From Octopus bimaculoides (Eukaryota): a stretch of 50,773 bases of DNA. Within the stretch, counting starts at the first letter, position 1. Each line of letters opens with the position of its first letter. This document shows positions 11,181-23,632 of the stretch, in pieces. The notes beneath the pieces are model-generated. The model was not told the origin of the DNA and did no database searches. It saw only the letters and a list, made by a program, of their open reading frames with translations. The stretch spans positions 109,218,559-109,269,331 of the forward strand of contig NC_068982.1 of the NCBI RefSeq assembly GCF_001194135.2. Direction: 5' to 3'. The translations under genes and the position numbers were made by a program.

Positions 11181-13110
11181 CCAATTGATTGAAAATAAAC
11201 ATAATGTAATAAACATTCATTGTACTAAACACATCTCAGTAGATCGTTACATTTTATAAAGCTATAACAGTCAAACATGTATCCCCCAAAAGTTTAGTAC
11301 TTTTGTCAAAATAATCGGTCGCATGTATATGTAATTCTGCATGTCATGGCTTTGCTTCATTTTAGGAACTTAGACACATTCAGTTAGAAATTTCAGTACA
11401 TTCAATTTATTATTAGCATTGATATTTCTCTCTGCCTCTCTTTTCCCCTCTCTCAGATATACCGTATGTCCTTATGTCGCGCGTATATATGTAGTTATGT
11501 TTCGGTAATTTCTATAAAGGATAACCATCCATTTTTCGAGAAAACTCACTTCGAAAAGTTCTCGCTGAAGGCTTAAGAGATCTGCCATAGAACCTTTCCA
11601 NNNNNNNNNNNNNNNNNNNNNNNNNNNNNNNNNNNNNNNNNNNNNNNNNNNNNNNNNNNNNNNNNNNNNNNNNNNNNNNNNNNNNNNNNNNNNNNNNNNN
11701 NNNNNNNNNNNNNNNNNNNNNNNNNNNNNNNNNNNNNNNNNNNNNNNNNNNNNNNNNNNNNNNNNNNNNNNNNNNNNNNNNNNNNNNNNNNNNNNNNNNN
11801 NNNNNNNNNNNNNNNNNNNNNNNNNNNNNNNNNNNNNNNNNNNNNNNNNNNNNNNNNNNNNNNNNNNNNNNNNNNNNNNNNNNNNNNNNNNNNNNNNNNN
11901 NNNNNNNNNNNNNNNNNNNNNNNNNNNNNNNNNNNNNNNNNNNNNNNNNNNNNNNNNNNNNNNNNNNNNNNNNNNNNNNNNNNNNNNNNNNNNNNNNNNN
12001 NNNNNNNNNNNNNNNNNNNNNNNNNNNNNNNNNNNNNNNNNNNNNNNNNNNNNNNNNNNNNNNNNNNNNNNNNNNNNNNNNNNNNNNNNNNNNNNNNNNN
12101 NNNNNNNNNNNNNNNNNNNNNNNNNNNNNNNNNNNNNNNNNNNNNNNNNNNNNNNNNNNNNNNNNNNNNNNNNNNNNNNNNNNNNNNNNNNNNNNNNNNN
12201 NNNNNNNNNNNNNNNNNNNNNNNNNNNNNNNNNNNNNNNNNNNNNNNNNNNNNNNNNNNNNNNNNNNNNNNNNNNNNNNNNNNNNNNNNNNNNNNNNNNN
12301 NNNNNNNNNNNNNNNNNNNNNNNNNNNNNNNNNNNNNNNNNNNNNNNNNNNNNNNNNNNNNNNNNNNNNNNNNNNNNNNNNNNNNNNNNNNNNNNNNNNN
12401 NNNNNNNNNNNNNNNNNNNNNNNNNNNNNNNNNNNNNNNNNNNNNNNNNNNNNNNNNNNNNNNNNNNNNNNNNNNNNNNNNNNNNNNNNNNNNAAAAAAA
12501 AAAAAAAAAAAAAAAAATCAAAACAAATATATGACTGAGTGCACACACTTTGTTTTAGGGAAGCGAGTCAGCAATCAAGAGAGTGTGTCATTTCATATTG
12601 AAGAATAGATTAGTTTATGTTTTCCCTCTCTCCTTCGCATGTTCCTCTCTTATTTTTACTTTTCTCATTCATTTCGTTATAGCCACCTACATATCTATCT
12701 TTGATTTTCAATATTATTTATTCCTTTATATTTTAATCTATATTTCTTACGTGTTTCCGTCTACCCTTCTGCTTATTTTTTCTCTTTTTTTTGTTTTTTT
12801 TTCTTTAACATCTCCCTAACTCACAATTCATTTTTAGCTATTTCGTTTTCTTTCTTTCTGTCGTTATTCTTTTTTCTTTTTGTAGCATCTCTTTTCTTAT
12901 TTTGTTGGTGAAAGTGAACAAGAAAGACAGCTGCTTAAGAAATAAATAACACAAGAAACATCTTTTAACGAAACTACAAAACATTTCACGTTACATTCTT
13001 CATAAAATTGGTTTTCAGAATAGTGGCGAAAGATTTCTTTCACTCTGAATGATTTTTGTTAGTTTCTCGCATAATTTCACATTATTTTACATACATTCAC
13101 ATGCAAGCAT

Positions 13111-13165
<55 letters not shown>

Positions 13166-13250
13166 TGTGTGTGTATGTGTACGTATTATACAAATATGTA
13201 TGTATGTGTGTGTGTGTCTATCTATCTATCTATCTATCTATCTATCCCCT

Positions 13251-13299
13251 GGTGTTCGTCTCCATCTTAGTGTTTTCATCCAAGATGGAGATGAACACC
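13251..13299. repeat. short hairpin (18-bp arms)
   Basis: GGTGTTCGTCTCCATCTT / AAGATGGAGATGAACACC: 17/18 Watson-Crick pairs plus one G-T on the plus strand. Confidence 0.85.
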
Positions 13300-14569
13300 A
13301 CCGTCCCATGCAATAGGCTTGATAATTCTTAAGAGGTATTCATCTCTTAATATGAAACCAATGGTTGCCTAGTTAACCCACAAATAAAGAATACTTATCC
13401 ACCAATGCAGTTTTGAGCACTCATTCTTTTTGTTCGATATATTTGCACGCGCACGTGCACACACACACACATTGAAAATACGCCTGTGCTGCACTTTAAT
13501 TTTTTTGGCACGTTTTTCTTTCGATATTTTCGTATAAATGTGACGTTTGTCTGGAACAGTAAAGTTCCTAAGTACATCATCAACGTTTCCGGACTTTTAT
13601 TGTTCCACCAACAAGATGAAGTGTTACTGATGTGTTGCTGCTGATTTATAGTAGGCAATGTTCCCGTGATTTATGTAGGCATTACTACTGGAATTCGAAC
13701 TATGAGAAGTAGATTTGTACGTTATCAATTAGGTATTTATTTTTATTTGTGACTAGTTAATGCTATCAGTGTGTTTTGTGTTGTGTTATGAGTATTGCTT
13801 TCATCAATAATCACCTGTCTTCTAAGGAATTCTATAAAGTATAGATATATTGTCCTCTAATGAATTGCTATCTAGTTTTGCTTTGTGTTATGATATATTG
13901 TACATTGCAATTACTTATTTTTAAGAATACAGTGAATTGAAGGGAGAGTGCTCTACTTGCATCACCGATATAACAATCAGACTCAAGAGGAATTTATAAA
14001 CTACACTGGTCATTAGTAACTTATTCGTGAGTTATGTATGTGGTTTTGTTATTAATACAATTTTAAATTTTAGTGTCCTTGTATATTATCAATGTTACTT
14101 TATGGTTTAACGTAACACCTTTTGTGGTTTGTTTATGAGGTGTTTGATAATGTGTTTATGTATTCTATAGTTTGTATGAATTTGATTCATATAATGCACT
14201 TAATGTGCGGTTTGTGCATTTTTGATAGGTATACTGTCTCTTGCATCACGCTTGTATTTCGTTGGTACTTTAGTCAAAACTTTTCAAAAAGATCTTTTCT
14301 AACTTTGAAGAATCTGTTTATTCTCTATTACTCACTAAACATGGCATTCTCTAAGTATATAAAGTCACCTCATTTGAAGCCCACTATGCTTCTAATACAA
14401 CATTAGGAACATATAACAAAACTCCTTTCCAGACACTCAAATACACTACTACATATGCTGTCACATTAACTCGCCACAAAGAAAATGGCTCCCTCACTCC
14501 AACAAGGTCATTAATCCCAACGTTCTCACACTGAAACAAGTCGCGCCCCATTCAGCGTCTGTCTCAATC

Positions 14570-14730
14570 ACAAAGCTTTTCGATTTTTCATTTCTACATT
14601 CAACTGATGGAAACAGGTAGTGGTGTCACATTCCAATGAATAGCACTGGTTCTATCTATCACCGTCCTATCACCCTCATTCCATACATCTCAAAAGTGAT
14701 GTAGATAACGATACCACCTCAATTATATAG
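14570..14730 (+). mobile_element. CR1/L2-like LINE RT N-terminal remnant
   Basis: WKQVVVS...HRPITLIPYISKVM resembles WKxAxVxPIPK...YRPISLLPxxSKVME. Confidence 0.5.
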
Positions 14731-14796
14731 CGTATTCCCACCCTAACCGCATATAACAAGAGTTATCGGTTTCTCGCTCTCTACGTGACTCATTAC

Positions 14797-15023
14797 TTAT
14801 TTCTTTATTGCCCACAAGGGGCTAAACATAGACGGGACAAACAAGGACAGACAAAGGGATTAAGTCGATTACATTGACCCCAGTGCAACTGGTACTTAAT
14901 TTATCGACCCCGAAAGGATGAAAGGCAAAGTCGACCTCGGCGGAAATTGAACTCAGAACGTAGCGGCAGACGAAATACCGCTAAGCATTTCGCTCGGCGT
15001 GCTAACGTTTCTGCCAGCTCGCC
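14797..15023 (-). mobile_element. tRNA-derived SINE (family A), full length
   Basis: Sense begins GGCGAGCTGGCAGAAACGTTAG (A-box-like), has a GAGTTCAATT B-box-like motif and an A-rich end; homologous to 46706-46900 and 48257-48470. Confidence 0.85.
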
Positions 15024-15945
15024 TGGTCTCTTGCAATGAAAAACTTTAGCGATAGGAATTTTAAAAAAATATTATATCAGCTATAACTTTTAGACAATCT
15101 GTCCTGAGAAGCACTTTGCTAAGTTGAATACTTGTGGGCAACTAGGGACTCTCTAAAACCACACAAATGCAGTCCACATTATGATACTATTCACATATCT
15201 AGGGTCGTGTTACTACCATCCACACGAAGATACTAGACCGAACTCACGAAAAATGTCATTCGATGATTAACAAAGATTCACCAACATATGGCATCAAATA
15301 GATACTTTTCTCTCTAATACATCCACCACTATCGCAACAGCTTTTACCCTTCTAAACTGACAAAGCTGCGTACTATTTCTACTCAAAACCACTCGATCTC
15401 TCTTCCACATAAACTTGTATGTAAACCTCAAAACATTATACGGAACAGTTTGTTCGATTTTTGTCCTCCAAAATTGCTCCCTTATCATACTTTTTCCCCC
15501 CATTCAAACGTTTACATGCAGAATTTGAAGTTGAACATCAATCGCATAGATGTCAACAGTCAGAAGAAGAAAGAAGCAGATGACGAGTGACTTCATTCGT
15601 TAAAAAAGCGTCGTCACTTCTCTGTTGACAAAGAAGAAAAAAGAAAAAAAAAAAGAAAAGAAAAAAAGTTTAACAATGAAGCAAGAATATCTTTGAGTCA
15701 TTCTAAATGCCTGTCTTTCTGTATGCCAAAGCATTTCGGTTATATGTCAAGTGTTGTATCACGTTTGCAGAGCTCTGATTACTTATATCCGTATCCGTGT
15801 ATATAAGGTATTGATTTCGATATCGGTGGTGACGTATGACAGTGATAGACGTAGAGATATAGATAAAGAATCACAATAAACACTTGGGAAAGACCAGCCT
15901 ATTTTCTATTTACTGCTACTATCTCATTTACGAACACGCACACCT

Positions 15946-16016
<71 letters not shown>

Positions 16017-16769
16017 GCACACACAATTTACAATTCCATCGGTATTAAAAATCGTAATTTTTTATGAAATACTTAGTTTAGTATTCTCATAAATCTAACC
16101 CATCTACCACATGAAGGAGCTTCTACCTAGTCGTCTGACCCTCTAGAAATAACAGCTAAATATTTCTTAAATCGCACTTTGCCATCTTGAAAAGTGTCTG
16201 GCATTTGGATAATGTCTTAGATATGTAATGTCCAACCGACAGCCAATATACATATACGTAGACACACACACACATACACACGTAAAGGATATAATGAGAG
16301 AAGCCAGTATTCTGTTGCTCGAGGAATAACAGTTTTATCTCCTTCAAATTTCGCTTTACCGTCTTAAAAAGGGAAAAACATACTGAACACACTATGACAC
16401 ATTATGGCTGGACATAAAATGCGTCGATCAGAACTTGAATGCCTTTGATTATAGGCCTGCTAATTAGGGCTGATCTGAAATTCAATAACTACATTTTCTC
16501 AGATAATCTTTCAATTGCGTAGATCTCAAAAGTATGTATTAACGTTTTTCTTTTTTAAATTTAGAGTAAATTTTGACCAGCCACCTACCTGGTAGCAATG
16601 TTGTGAAGGAAAGCATTTTCTTTTGCTCATATCCTTTAAATCTTAAAAAGGTCAAGCAGATTTTTATTCTCAGAAATCGTGATCATTTGTAGTGTATGAA
16701 TTAAAGGTTTGTATTCTTTCCCCAAGATCCCAAGTTCAGCCATACTATGCTCCAGACAGGTTGGTATTT

Positions 16770-17055
16770 ATCTTGTTGCTCCAATAATAGATATGAAACT
16801 GAAAGTGTATCATCGGCACTGGATTTGCAAACTCACTATTAATGGTCTATAGATGTCCTCTTTCTCTTGTATTTTTCTAACCACAGTGGTGTCCAGAGGG
16901 GAGCTGATTTCCAAAACGGAACATTTCTTTTCCTTGTGATCCCACGCAACAATATCTGGTCGGTTGTGTTCTAACTTGGTAACTGTTTTAATTTTTAAGT
17001 TCCACCAATATTCTTTTGACCCCACCGGCCTCAATATAGTCAACTTCGTCCCTAG
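16770..17055 (-). mobile_element. R4/Dong-clade LINE endonuclease fragment
   Basis: KEYWWNLKIKTVTKLEHNRPDIVAWDHKEKKCSVLEISSPLD...EKEDIYRPLI (PD..E endonuclease motif). Confidence 0.85.
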
Positions 17056-17181
17056 GTGTTTTCATACATACATACATACATACATACATACATGCATGCA
17101 TGCATTCATAATACATACATACGTACGTACGTGCATGTGTGCGTGCGTGCGTATGTATGTATGTATGTATGTATGTATGTG

Positions 17182-17580
17182 TTTTTCTTTGAGATTTAGT
17201 TCATCTGAAGAGTCAAGCCAGTCGCAAACAAACCGACAAGACCTTTTGAGTTAAGAGAATTCCCGGTATTTGTAAATATGTGGTTGTATCGGTGTGTTGG
17301 TTGAGCTATCGATGCATACAGCCAAGCGTGTGCGTGTGTTCACATAAAGAATCTCAGATGGAGAATCTTTGAATTGTTTTACCAATTTTCACTATTCCGG
17401 CTATAGACTGGATTTGGAGAATATGCGTCAGTTTCTTTTGCTCTTTCTTCGTGAAACCTAGTATCTTTAGGTTTTTGTATAAATCTGTAGATACGTAGCC
17501 TAATGTACCCATGATGATGATTACAAATAAAAATTTATGGTCAGGGTACAAAAGCTGAAAGTTCCGCATTAATTCACCAT
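17182..17580 (-). mobile_element. R4/Dong-clade LINE 3' end
   Basis: RNFQLLYPDHKFLFVIIIMGTLGYVS...GIVKIGKTIQRFSI*, then a 3' UTR running into (CATA)n. Confidence 0.8.
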
Positions 17581-17716
17581 AAATACAAGATGGACAAAAT
17601 TAGAGAACGTATGGTGTAAAATTCAAAAAGTAAAATCTGGCAACACTCCGAACGATGTAAACTAAGTTGACCCAACAGTGTGAAGATTTTTATTGAACAG
17701 TAGTGAATTAACAACC

Positions 17717-18540
17717 ATGGAAAGCCAACATAAAGTTGATGAAAGTCTCAGGAAGTGAGTGGTCACATTGAAAAAAGAAGGAATGGCAAGTTCTGCTATC
17801 ACCAGAGGCATTAACAGATCAAAGAGTGTTGTTTCAAGAATACTCAAGCTTTATGAAGAAACAAGCTCGTTTGTGTCATTAGAAAAACGAGGGAGACCAC
17901 GCAAAAGTAGTGTTTGGCAAGACTGTGTGATTTAGAGGCAGTCATTAAGAGACCGTTTTGATACTGCTGCAGGAATTTCTTGCCAAATAAATCATGATTA
18001 TGGAATGAATGTGTCTTGGAAGACTGTGCTTTTTCGTTTGAAGGAAGTTGGACTCTATGCCCATTCCACCGCCACCAAACCAGTATGAAGAACCGAAAAG
18101 TGAGGTTAGTCTTTGCCAATGAACATATACTTTGGAAGGACGACATCTGGTCACATGTGTTCTTCAGTGACGAAAGAAAGTTTAATTTGGTTGGCTTTGA
18201 CGGTAGACAGTATGTGAGACGTTGTAAAAGTGAAAGATTGCTCCCTAAATGCGTGAAGAAATCAGTGAAGTCAGGAGGTGGGAGTTTAATGGTGTTGGGA
18301 ATGATTTCTGGAGCAGGTTTTGGACCTTTGATCCGGATCCATGGTAATGTGAATGCAGCTATCGTTCTGCAGTATGTTGTGCCAGCTCTGAAGTCATCTT
18401 CAACTCGTCAGCCAATCTTTATGCGGGATAATGTGCCATGTCACAGTGCTAAAATAGGTGTTTGAAGCTGAAAACATTACTGTGATGCGTTGGCCAGCTC
18501 AGAGCCCTGACCTGAATCCCATTGAAAACTTATAAAGGAT
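17717..18540 (+). pseudogene. Tc1-family DNA transposase, degenerate and truncated
   Basis: GRPRK linker, VFFSDERKFNL, GGGSLMVLGMI, FMRDNVPCH and WPAQSPDLNPIENL motifs, with stops and frameshifts. Confidence 0.9.
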
Positions 18541-18551
18541 ACTTTATAGTA

Positions 18552-19808
18552 TCTATATATATAAAAATGAGAATGTGTGTCTGTCTGTCTGTCTGTGTGT
18601 GTGAATCCCTAAAACTCGAGAACTACGCAACCAATTTCATTCAAATTTTACACATGCCTTACTTAGGGTTCCAGTTGTGTTTTAGTCAAAAAATTTTTTA
18701 ACTTCTTGCAGAGTTCGAGCCCACGGCAACATAATATCTCCTCCACTATTTAAGTATTACGTGTCAAAAGTGAAACAAAAACACTCATGTCAAATACTTT
18801 CACTTTAAAAATGAAACTATTCTACTAACTGAAACAATCACATTTCGATACTGTAATGACAGATACTTTCAGAGAGAGAGANNNNNNNNNNNNNNNNNNN
18901 NNNNNNNNNNNNNNNNNNNNNNNNNNNNNNNNNNNNNNNNNNNNNNNNNNNNNNNNNNNNNNNNNNNNNNNNNNNNNNNNNNNNNNNNNNNNNNNNNNNN
19001 NNNNNNNNNNNNNNNNNNNNNNNNNNNNNNNNNNNNNNNNNNNNNNNNNNNNNNNNNNNNNNNNNNNNNNNNNNNNNNNNNNNNNNNNNNNNNNNNNNNN
19101 NNNNNNNNNNNNNNNNNNNNNNNNNNNNNNNNNNNNNNNNNNNNNNNNNNNNNNNNNNNNNNNNNNNNNNNNNNNNNNNNNNNNNNNNNNNNNNNNNNNN
19201 NNNNNNNNNNNNNNNNNNNNNNNNNNNNNNNNNNNNNNNNNNNNNNNNNNNNNNNNNNNNNNNNNNNNNNNNNNNNNNNNNNNNNNNNNNNNNNNNNNNN
19301 NNNNNNNNNNNNNNNNNNNNNNNNNNNNNNNNNNNNNNNNNNNNNNNNNNNNNNNNNNNNNNNNNNNNNNNNNNNNNNNNNNNNNNNNNNNNNNNNNNNN
19401 NNNNNNNNNNNNNNNNNNNNNNNNNNNNNNNNNNNNNNNNNNNNNNNNNNNNNNNNNNNNNNNNNNNNNNNNNNNNNNNNNNNNNNNNNNNNNNNNNNNN
19501 NNNNNNNNNNNNNNNNNNNNNNNNNNNNNNNNNNNNNNNNNNNNNNNNNNNNNNNNNNNNNNNNNNNNNNNNNNNNNNNNNNNNNNNNNNNNNNNNNNNN
19601 NNNNNNNNNNNNNNNNNNNNNNNNNNNNNNNNNNNNNNNNNNNNNNNNNNNNNNNNNNNNNNNNNNNNNNNNNNNNCATGGATTGGAGAGTTATTAATGT
19701 AGAAATATGGTATCGTAGCTACTAACAGTTGAGGGTTGCGTAGTCTAGACGGCGTTTTTAGATTTCATTATTCTCTTTAACCCGGGCAAAGCCGGGTATT
19801 TCTGCTAG
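18552..19808 (+). mobile_element. non-autonomous Helitron (ends separated by an assembly gap)
   Basis: 5' A|TCTATATATATAAAA followed by (CTGT)n; 3' hairpin ACCCGG-GCAAAG-CCGGGT (19780-19797), then CTAG|T at 19805-19809; A|T insertion site. Confidence 0.75.
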
Positions 19809-19830
19809 TCTTTTATAAAATACTATAAAG

Positions 19831-19995
19831 TATGGCACCTGTGACGTCGCAACTCATTTCTACAGCTGAGTGAACTGGAGCAACGTGAAATAAAGTGTCT
19901 TGCTGAAGAACACAACACGTAGCCTGGTCCGGAATTCGAACTCACAACCTCACGATCGTAAGCTCGACGCTCTAACCACTGAGCCATGCACCTTC
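19831..19995 (-). mobile_element. tRNA-derived SINE (family B)
   Basis: Sense GGTGCATGGCTCAGTGGTTAGAGC (A box) ...GAGTTCGAATTCC (B box), then a GTGTTCTTCAGCAAGACACTTTA body. Confidence 0.85.
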
Positions 19996-20290
19996 TCACA
20001 AAAGATATTATACAGTAAATTTCCATTAATCCAGTATCGAGTAATCTGGCAGAACTGATTGTTCTTCGTTATTTTGCGCTTAATTTTTTCCCCCCAAGAA
20101 CCGCTAATGGCTACCGACATCACACCATTATCGTTTACATTGAAGTTGAAAAGAATATTGGTCAGCGCCTAAATGTTTTCTACTGGCCTATATCTACTTA
20201 TATACTGTCCACCCACTAGTAAGAATGTTTTCTATTGTTAATAAGTTAATAACCAATTTGGAAAAGTGTGAAAAGAAAGCATGTAATTCT

Positions 20291-20724
20291 AATATTGCCC
20301 ACGAAAATTGTAAAAAATGCGAAAAATGCAACGCTGTTGTGCATGAAAATAACATAGGTTCTTCAACAATTAATGATATTTAGAAACAAAAGGCCAAGTT
20401 AATGTAATTTATGGCTGACTCGAGTCAAGTAAAGGTGGCGATGTGTGACAAACATTAAAATAAACAAGTAAATAAATAAAATCAAAAACTTCAGAGCCAG
20501 ATGTAGTCTCTTATAAGTGGCCCGGCCCAAAGAGATTCGAGGCTATACTGATTTGAGTTAGGCCCATTCAGTAGTCTCTGGAAATGCTCGCGGAAACATG
20601 TGTGTTTAGTTATCGGTTGTTTAGAAACTTTAAATTACGTTATGGTATTCGTAAACTTAACTTGTCCAGCAAGACCAAATCAGCCGACATTGAAGCTGCT
20701 GAAATGTATATACGTGATTATTTT
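20291..20724 (+). pseudogene. Tigger/pogo-like transposase N-terminal remnant (CENP-B-type HTH)
   Basis: NIGSSTINDI*KQKAKLM and CVFSYRLFRNFKLRYGIRKLNLSSKTKSADIEAAEMY resemble IG.ST..DIKKQK.KL and FS.GWL..FK.RHGIR.L...GEK.SAD.EAA. Confidence 0.7.
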
Positions 20725-21006
20725 TGATGATTTAGTTACAAATACACCAGCATATTTGATAAGCTTTCACTACCCAAATTCCAAGGGCTCCTGATTACTA
20801 GAACAGTACTATATGTAGAAAGTGCTATTTTTTGTGTTCATGATTCGTGTCAACTATTCACTCTTTAAATTTTAAGGTCTAATGGATATTTTTTTTTTAT
20901 CTTGTTCACCTGTACGTTCTCTCTCCTAGAATCCAAATCCAGTGATACTTCATCGAAGCAGAGTGGTATACCTACCTACCTACCTACCTACCTACCTATC
21001 TACATA

Positions 21007-21671
21007 ATGATTGCTCTATCCTCACAGATGATTACTATTTCGTGGTGCTTCCACGTTGTCAATGGCATTTCTGACTTTCTGTCCATGACCTCTCAGACGA
21101 CTATTCTGTCACGTCGCAGATCTGCATTGTTTGAAGCATAGCTGACAGACGAAGTGGTAACCTAATGAGCGTCTGCATACGTCGCCACTTCCATCGCCAT
21201 AGGATCTTCATTTGATGGAATGACAAATGAGACCACCATAAAGAGATAAATGTATATTACTAGATTATAGTGTTGAGCATTTGTGCAACACAAGTACCAC
21301 TCTCCGAATCTCCGTGATTACTACCTAGTGAGAGACCGAAGCGATATAACCAGTAATAATGGGAAATTGCAGGTTTCACATCAGAATGTCTCACTCCTTA
21401 AATGATGGTGTGACAACAGCAAAAGCTCCTTCACTCTCGTTGGTTTTACTGCGCGCCCCGACACCAACAAAGGGCATTTCTGCTTCCCCGACTCTGAGGT
21501 GAAACTGTCATCGTGTATGCTAGTTAAGCCATTGCTGGGACCCTGACAAGTGCTACTACTCCGGGTCAGAGTAGACCTGGAAACAATAGTGGGTAATGTT
21601 GGTTCCACACTCCGCAAAACCCTGGAACCCCCGTTCCAGTGTCGCGCTAATGGGCACAGTTTAAAGTCATA
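21007..21671. mobile_element. unclassified ~650-bp interspersed repeat, copy 1
   Basis: Colinear homology with 27283-27914; microsatellites on both sides. Confidence 0.85.
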
Positions 21672-21674
21672 GTA

Positions 21675-21743
<69 letters not shown>

Positions 21744-21754
21744 AACACACATAT

Positions 21755-21795
<41 letters not shown>

Positions 21796-21843
21796 CATAT
21801 ATATATATATACATATATACATACGTATATATATATTTATGTA

Positions 21844-22001
21844 GGCTGTGTGGTAACAAGCTTGCTTCCCAACCACATGGTTCCGTGTCCAGTTCCACTG
21901 CGTAGCACCTTGGGCGAGTGTCTTCTACTATAGCCTTAGACCGACCAAAGCCCTGTGAGTGGATTTGATAGACGGAAACTGAAAGAAACCTGTCGTTTGT
22001 G

Positions 22002-22064
<63 letters not shown>

Positions 22065-22270
22065 ATATTGTGAGTGTGCTTGTCCTCCCACCATCGCTTG
22101 ACAATCGATGCTGGTGTGTTTACGTCCACGTAACTTAACGGTTCGGCAATAGAGACCGATAGAATACATACTAGGCTTACGAAGAATAAGTCCTGGGGTC
22201 GATTTGTTCGACTAAAGGCGATGCTCCAACATGGCAGCAGTCAAATGAATGAAACAAGTAAATGAGTAAA
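21844..22270 (+). mobile_element. tRNA-derived SINE (family C) with an internal (TA)/(TG) microsatellite
   Basis: GGCTGTGTGGTAACAAGCTTGCTTCCCAACCAC head, body homologous to 24906-25133, 3' part ending GAAACAAGTAAATGAGTAAA. Confidence 0.85.
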
Positions 22271-23587
22271 TGGTACATATATATATATATATCTTTGAAT
22301 TATATATATATATACATACACACACGTATATATATATCTATATATATATATATATATCTATATATATACGTATACACACACACATACACATACATATGTA
22401 TATACGTATATAAAAAATATATATGCATATACATCTATGAACATACATAGGTATATGCATGCATACATACATATGTAACATATATACATACGTATATACA
22501 CGTATAGTAAGGAAAGAGGAAAAGAGACAGATAGCGAGGGAGGGAGAGAGAGAGGGATGGAAATAGTGGGAGAGAGTGAGTGAGTGATAGAGAGAGAGGG
22601 AGAGAGAGAGAGAGAGTGAGAGAGAGAGAGAGAGAGAGAAGACTGGATTTGAGTATGAATGTATGCAGAAGTATGTGCTTGTAAAGAACAGATTATCGTT
22701 TTAGTAACACGATGTTACAGAGTTTATTAGACCTGTAAAAGAATGCCACTGTAGTGAGGGAAAATATCCAACCAAGCATGCTTGAAAGTTTAAAAACAGT
22801 ATCAGTCCCAACTTGTTAGTTGTTGTATTGCCCGTAACCGAACGGTAGAAATATCTAGAGTTCGTTCTGCAGGGAGTCTAACTACAGTCTTTTACAATGA
22901 ACCCGAATGTATGTCTTTTAAACATATGCATGTCAAATTATTCACAAACATTCAGTCAAACAATCAATCAATCAATTGATCCATTCACTCACCTTTTCTT
23001 TCTTTCTTTCTTTCTTTCTTTCTTTTTAATTTCCTGTGTATCAACCTGCTAACTTTTTTTCCCCACTTATTTGAGGAAACATCTTTCTGTGTATATTTTG
23101 ATTGCTGTATATATTTTGACTGTAATTTATAGAAGTGTAAAATTTCTTAGAAAAACTAGATGAGCTGTGTTTAGGCGACGGAGCCGATATGAAGTTGAAG
23201 TCTCAGGACAGGATCAGGATAACTATCAAAAGTGCAGTCGAGGCTCAAGATTCAGAACTTCTCATGGTTCTGAATTAAATAATCTTCTGTGATAATAAAT
23301 TATAAACAGAATTGAAGAAGAGTTGCTTATACCTTTGCATTATCGAAGTACCAAATATACTGACAGTTTTAGTAAGACTCCAGCAAATATATATGAACAA
23401 ATGAATATTTCAAGTATCCAGACAGTTCCCTAATATTGACTTGCTCCATAGCTATAGCACACCATATTGAGTCTCACATACAATTACCCTAACTAAAAAT
23501 ATGCCGCATTTAAATCACTGAACTAGTGGTTCCGAGCTTGTAACTACCATATCTAGTCTGGGTTTTCGAAGATCCTCTAATTACCAG

Positions 23588-23632
<45 letters not shown>

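Noticed and set aside
11457-11504. Strong acceptor (TTTTCCCCTCTCTCAG) followed by a possible donor 48 nt later
   Set aside because: The peptide is uninformative, there is no partner exon, and pyrimidine tracts are common here
11472-12548. Longest ORFs in the track (358 aa, 344 aa; likewise 18825-19725, 43559-44294, 49925-50584)
   Set aside because: They consist almost entirely of N-gap translation
15100-15520. Possible APE endonuclease remnant of a LINE
   Set aside because: Only a vague resemblance after assuming frameshifts; no diagnostic GDFN or SDH motif seen
17200-17235. CTGAAGAGTCAAGCCAGTCGCAAAC, hammerhead-like and antisense to a LINE 3' UTR
   Set aside because: Stem II does not pair, GAAA is interrupted, and the homologous UTRs at 4237 and 27220 lack the motif
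19900-19995. tRNA-like sequences (also 14940-15023, 24906-24980, 38535-38610)
   Set aside because: They have A/B boxes but continue into repeat bodies and lack a clean cloverleaf; they are SINE heads, not tRNA genes
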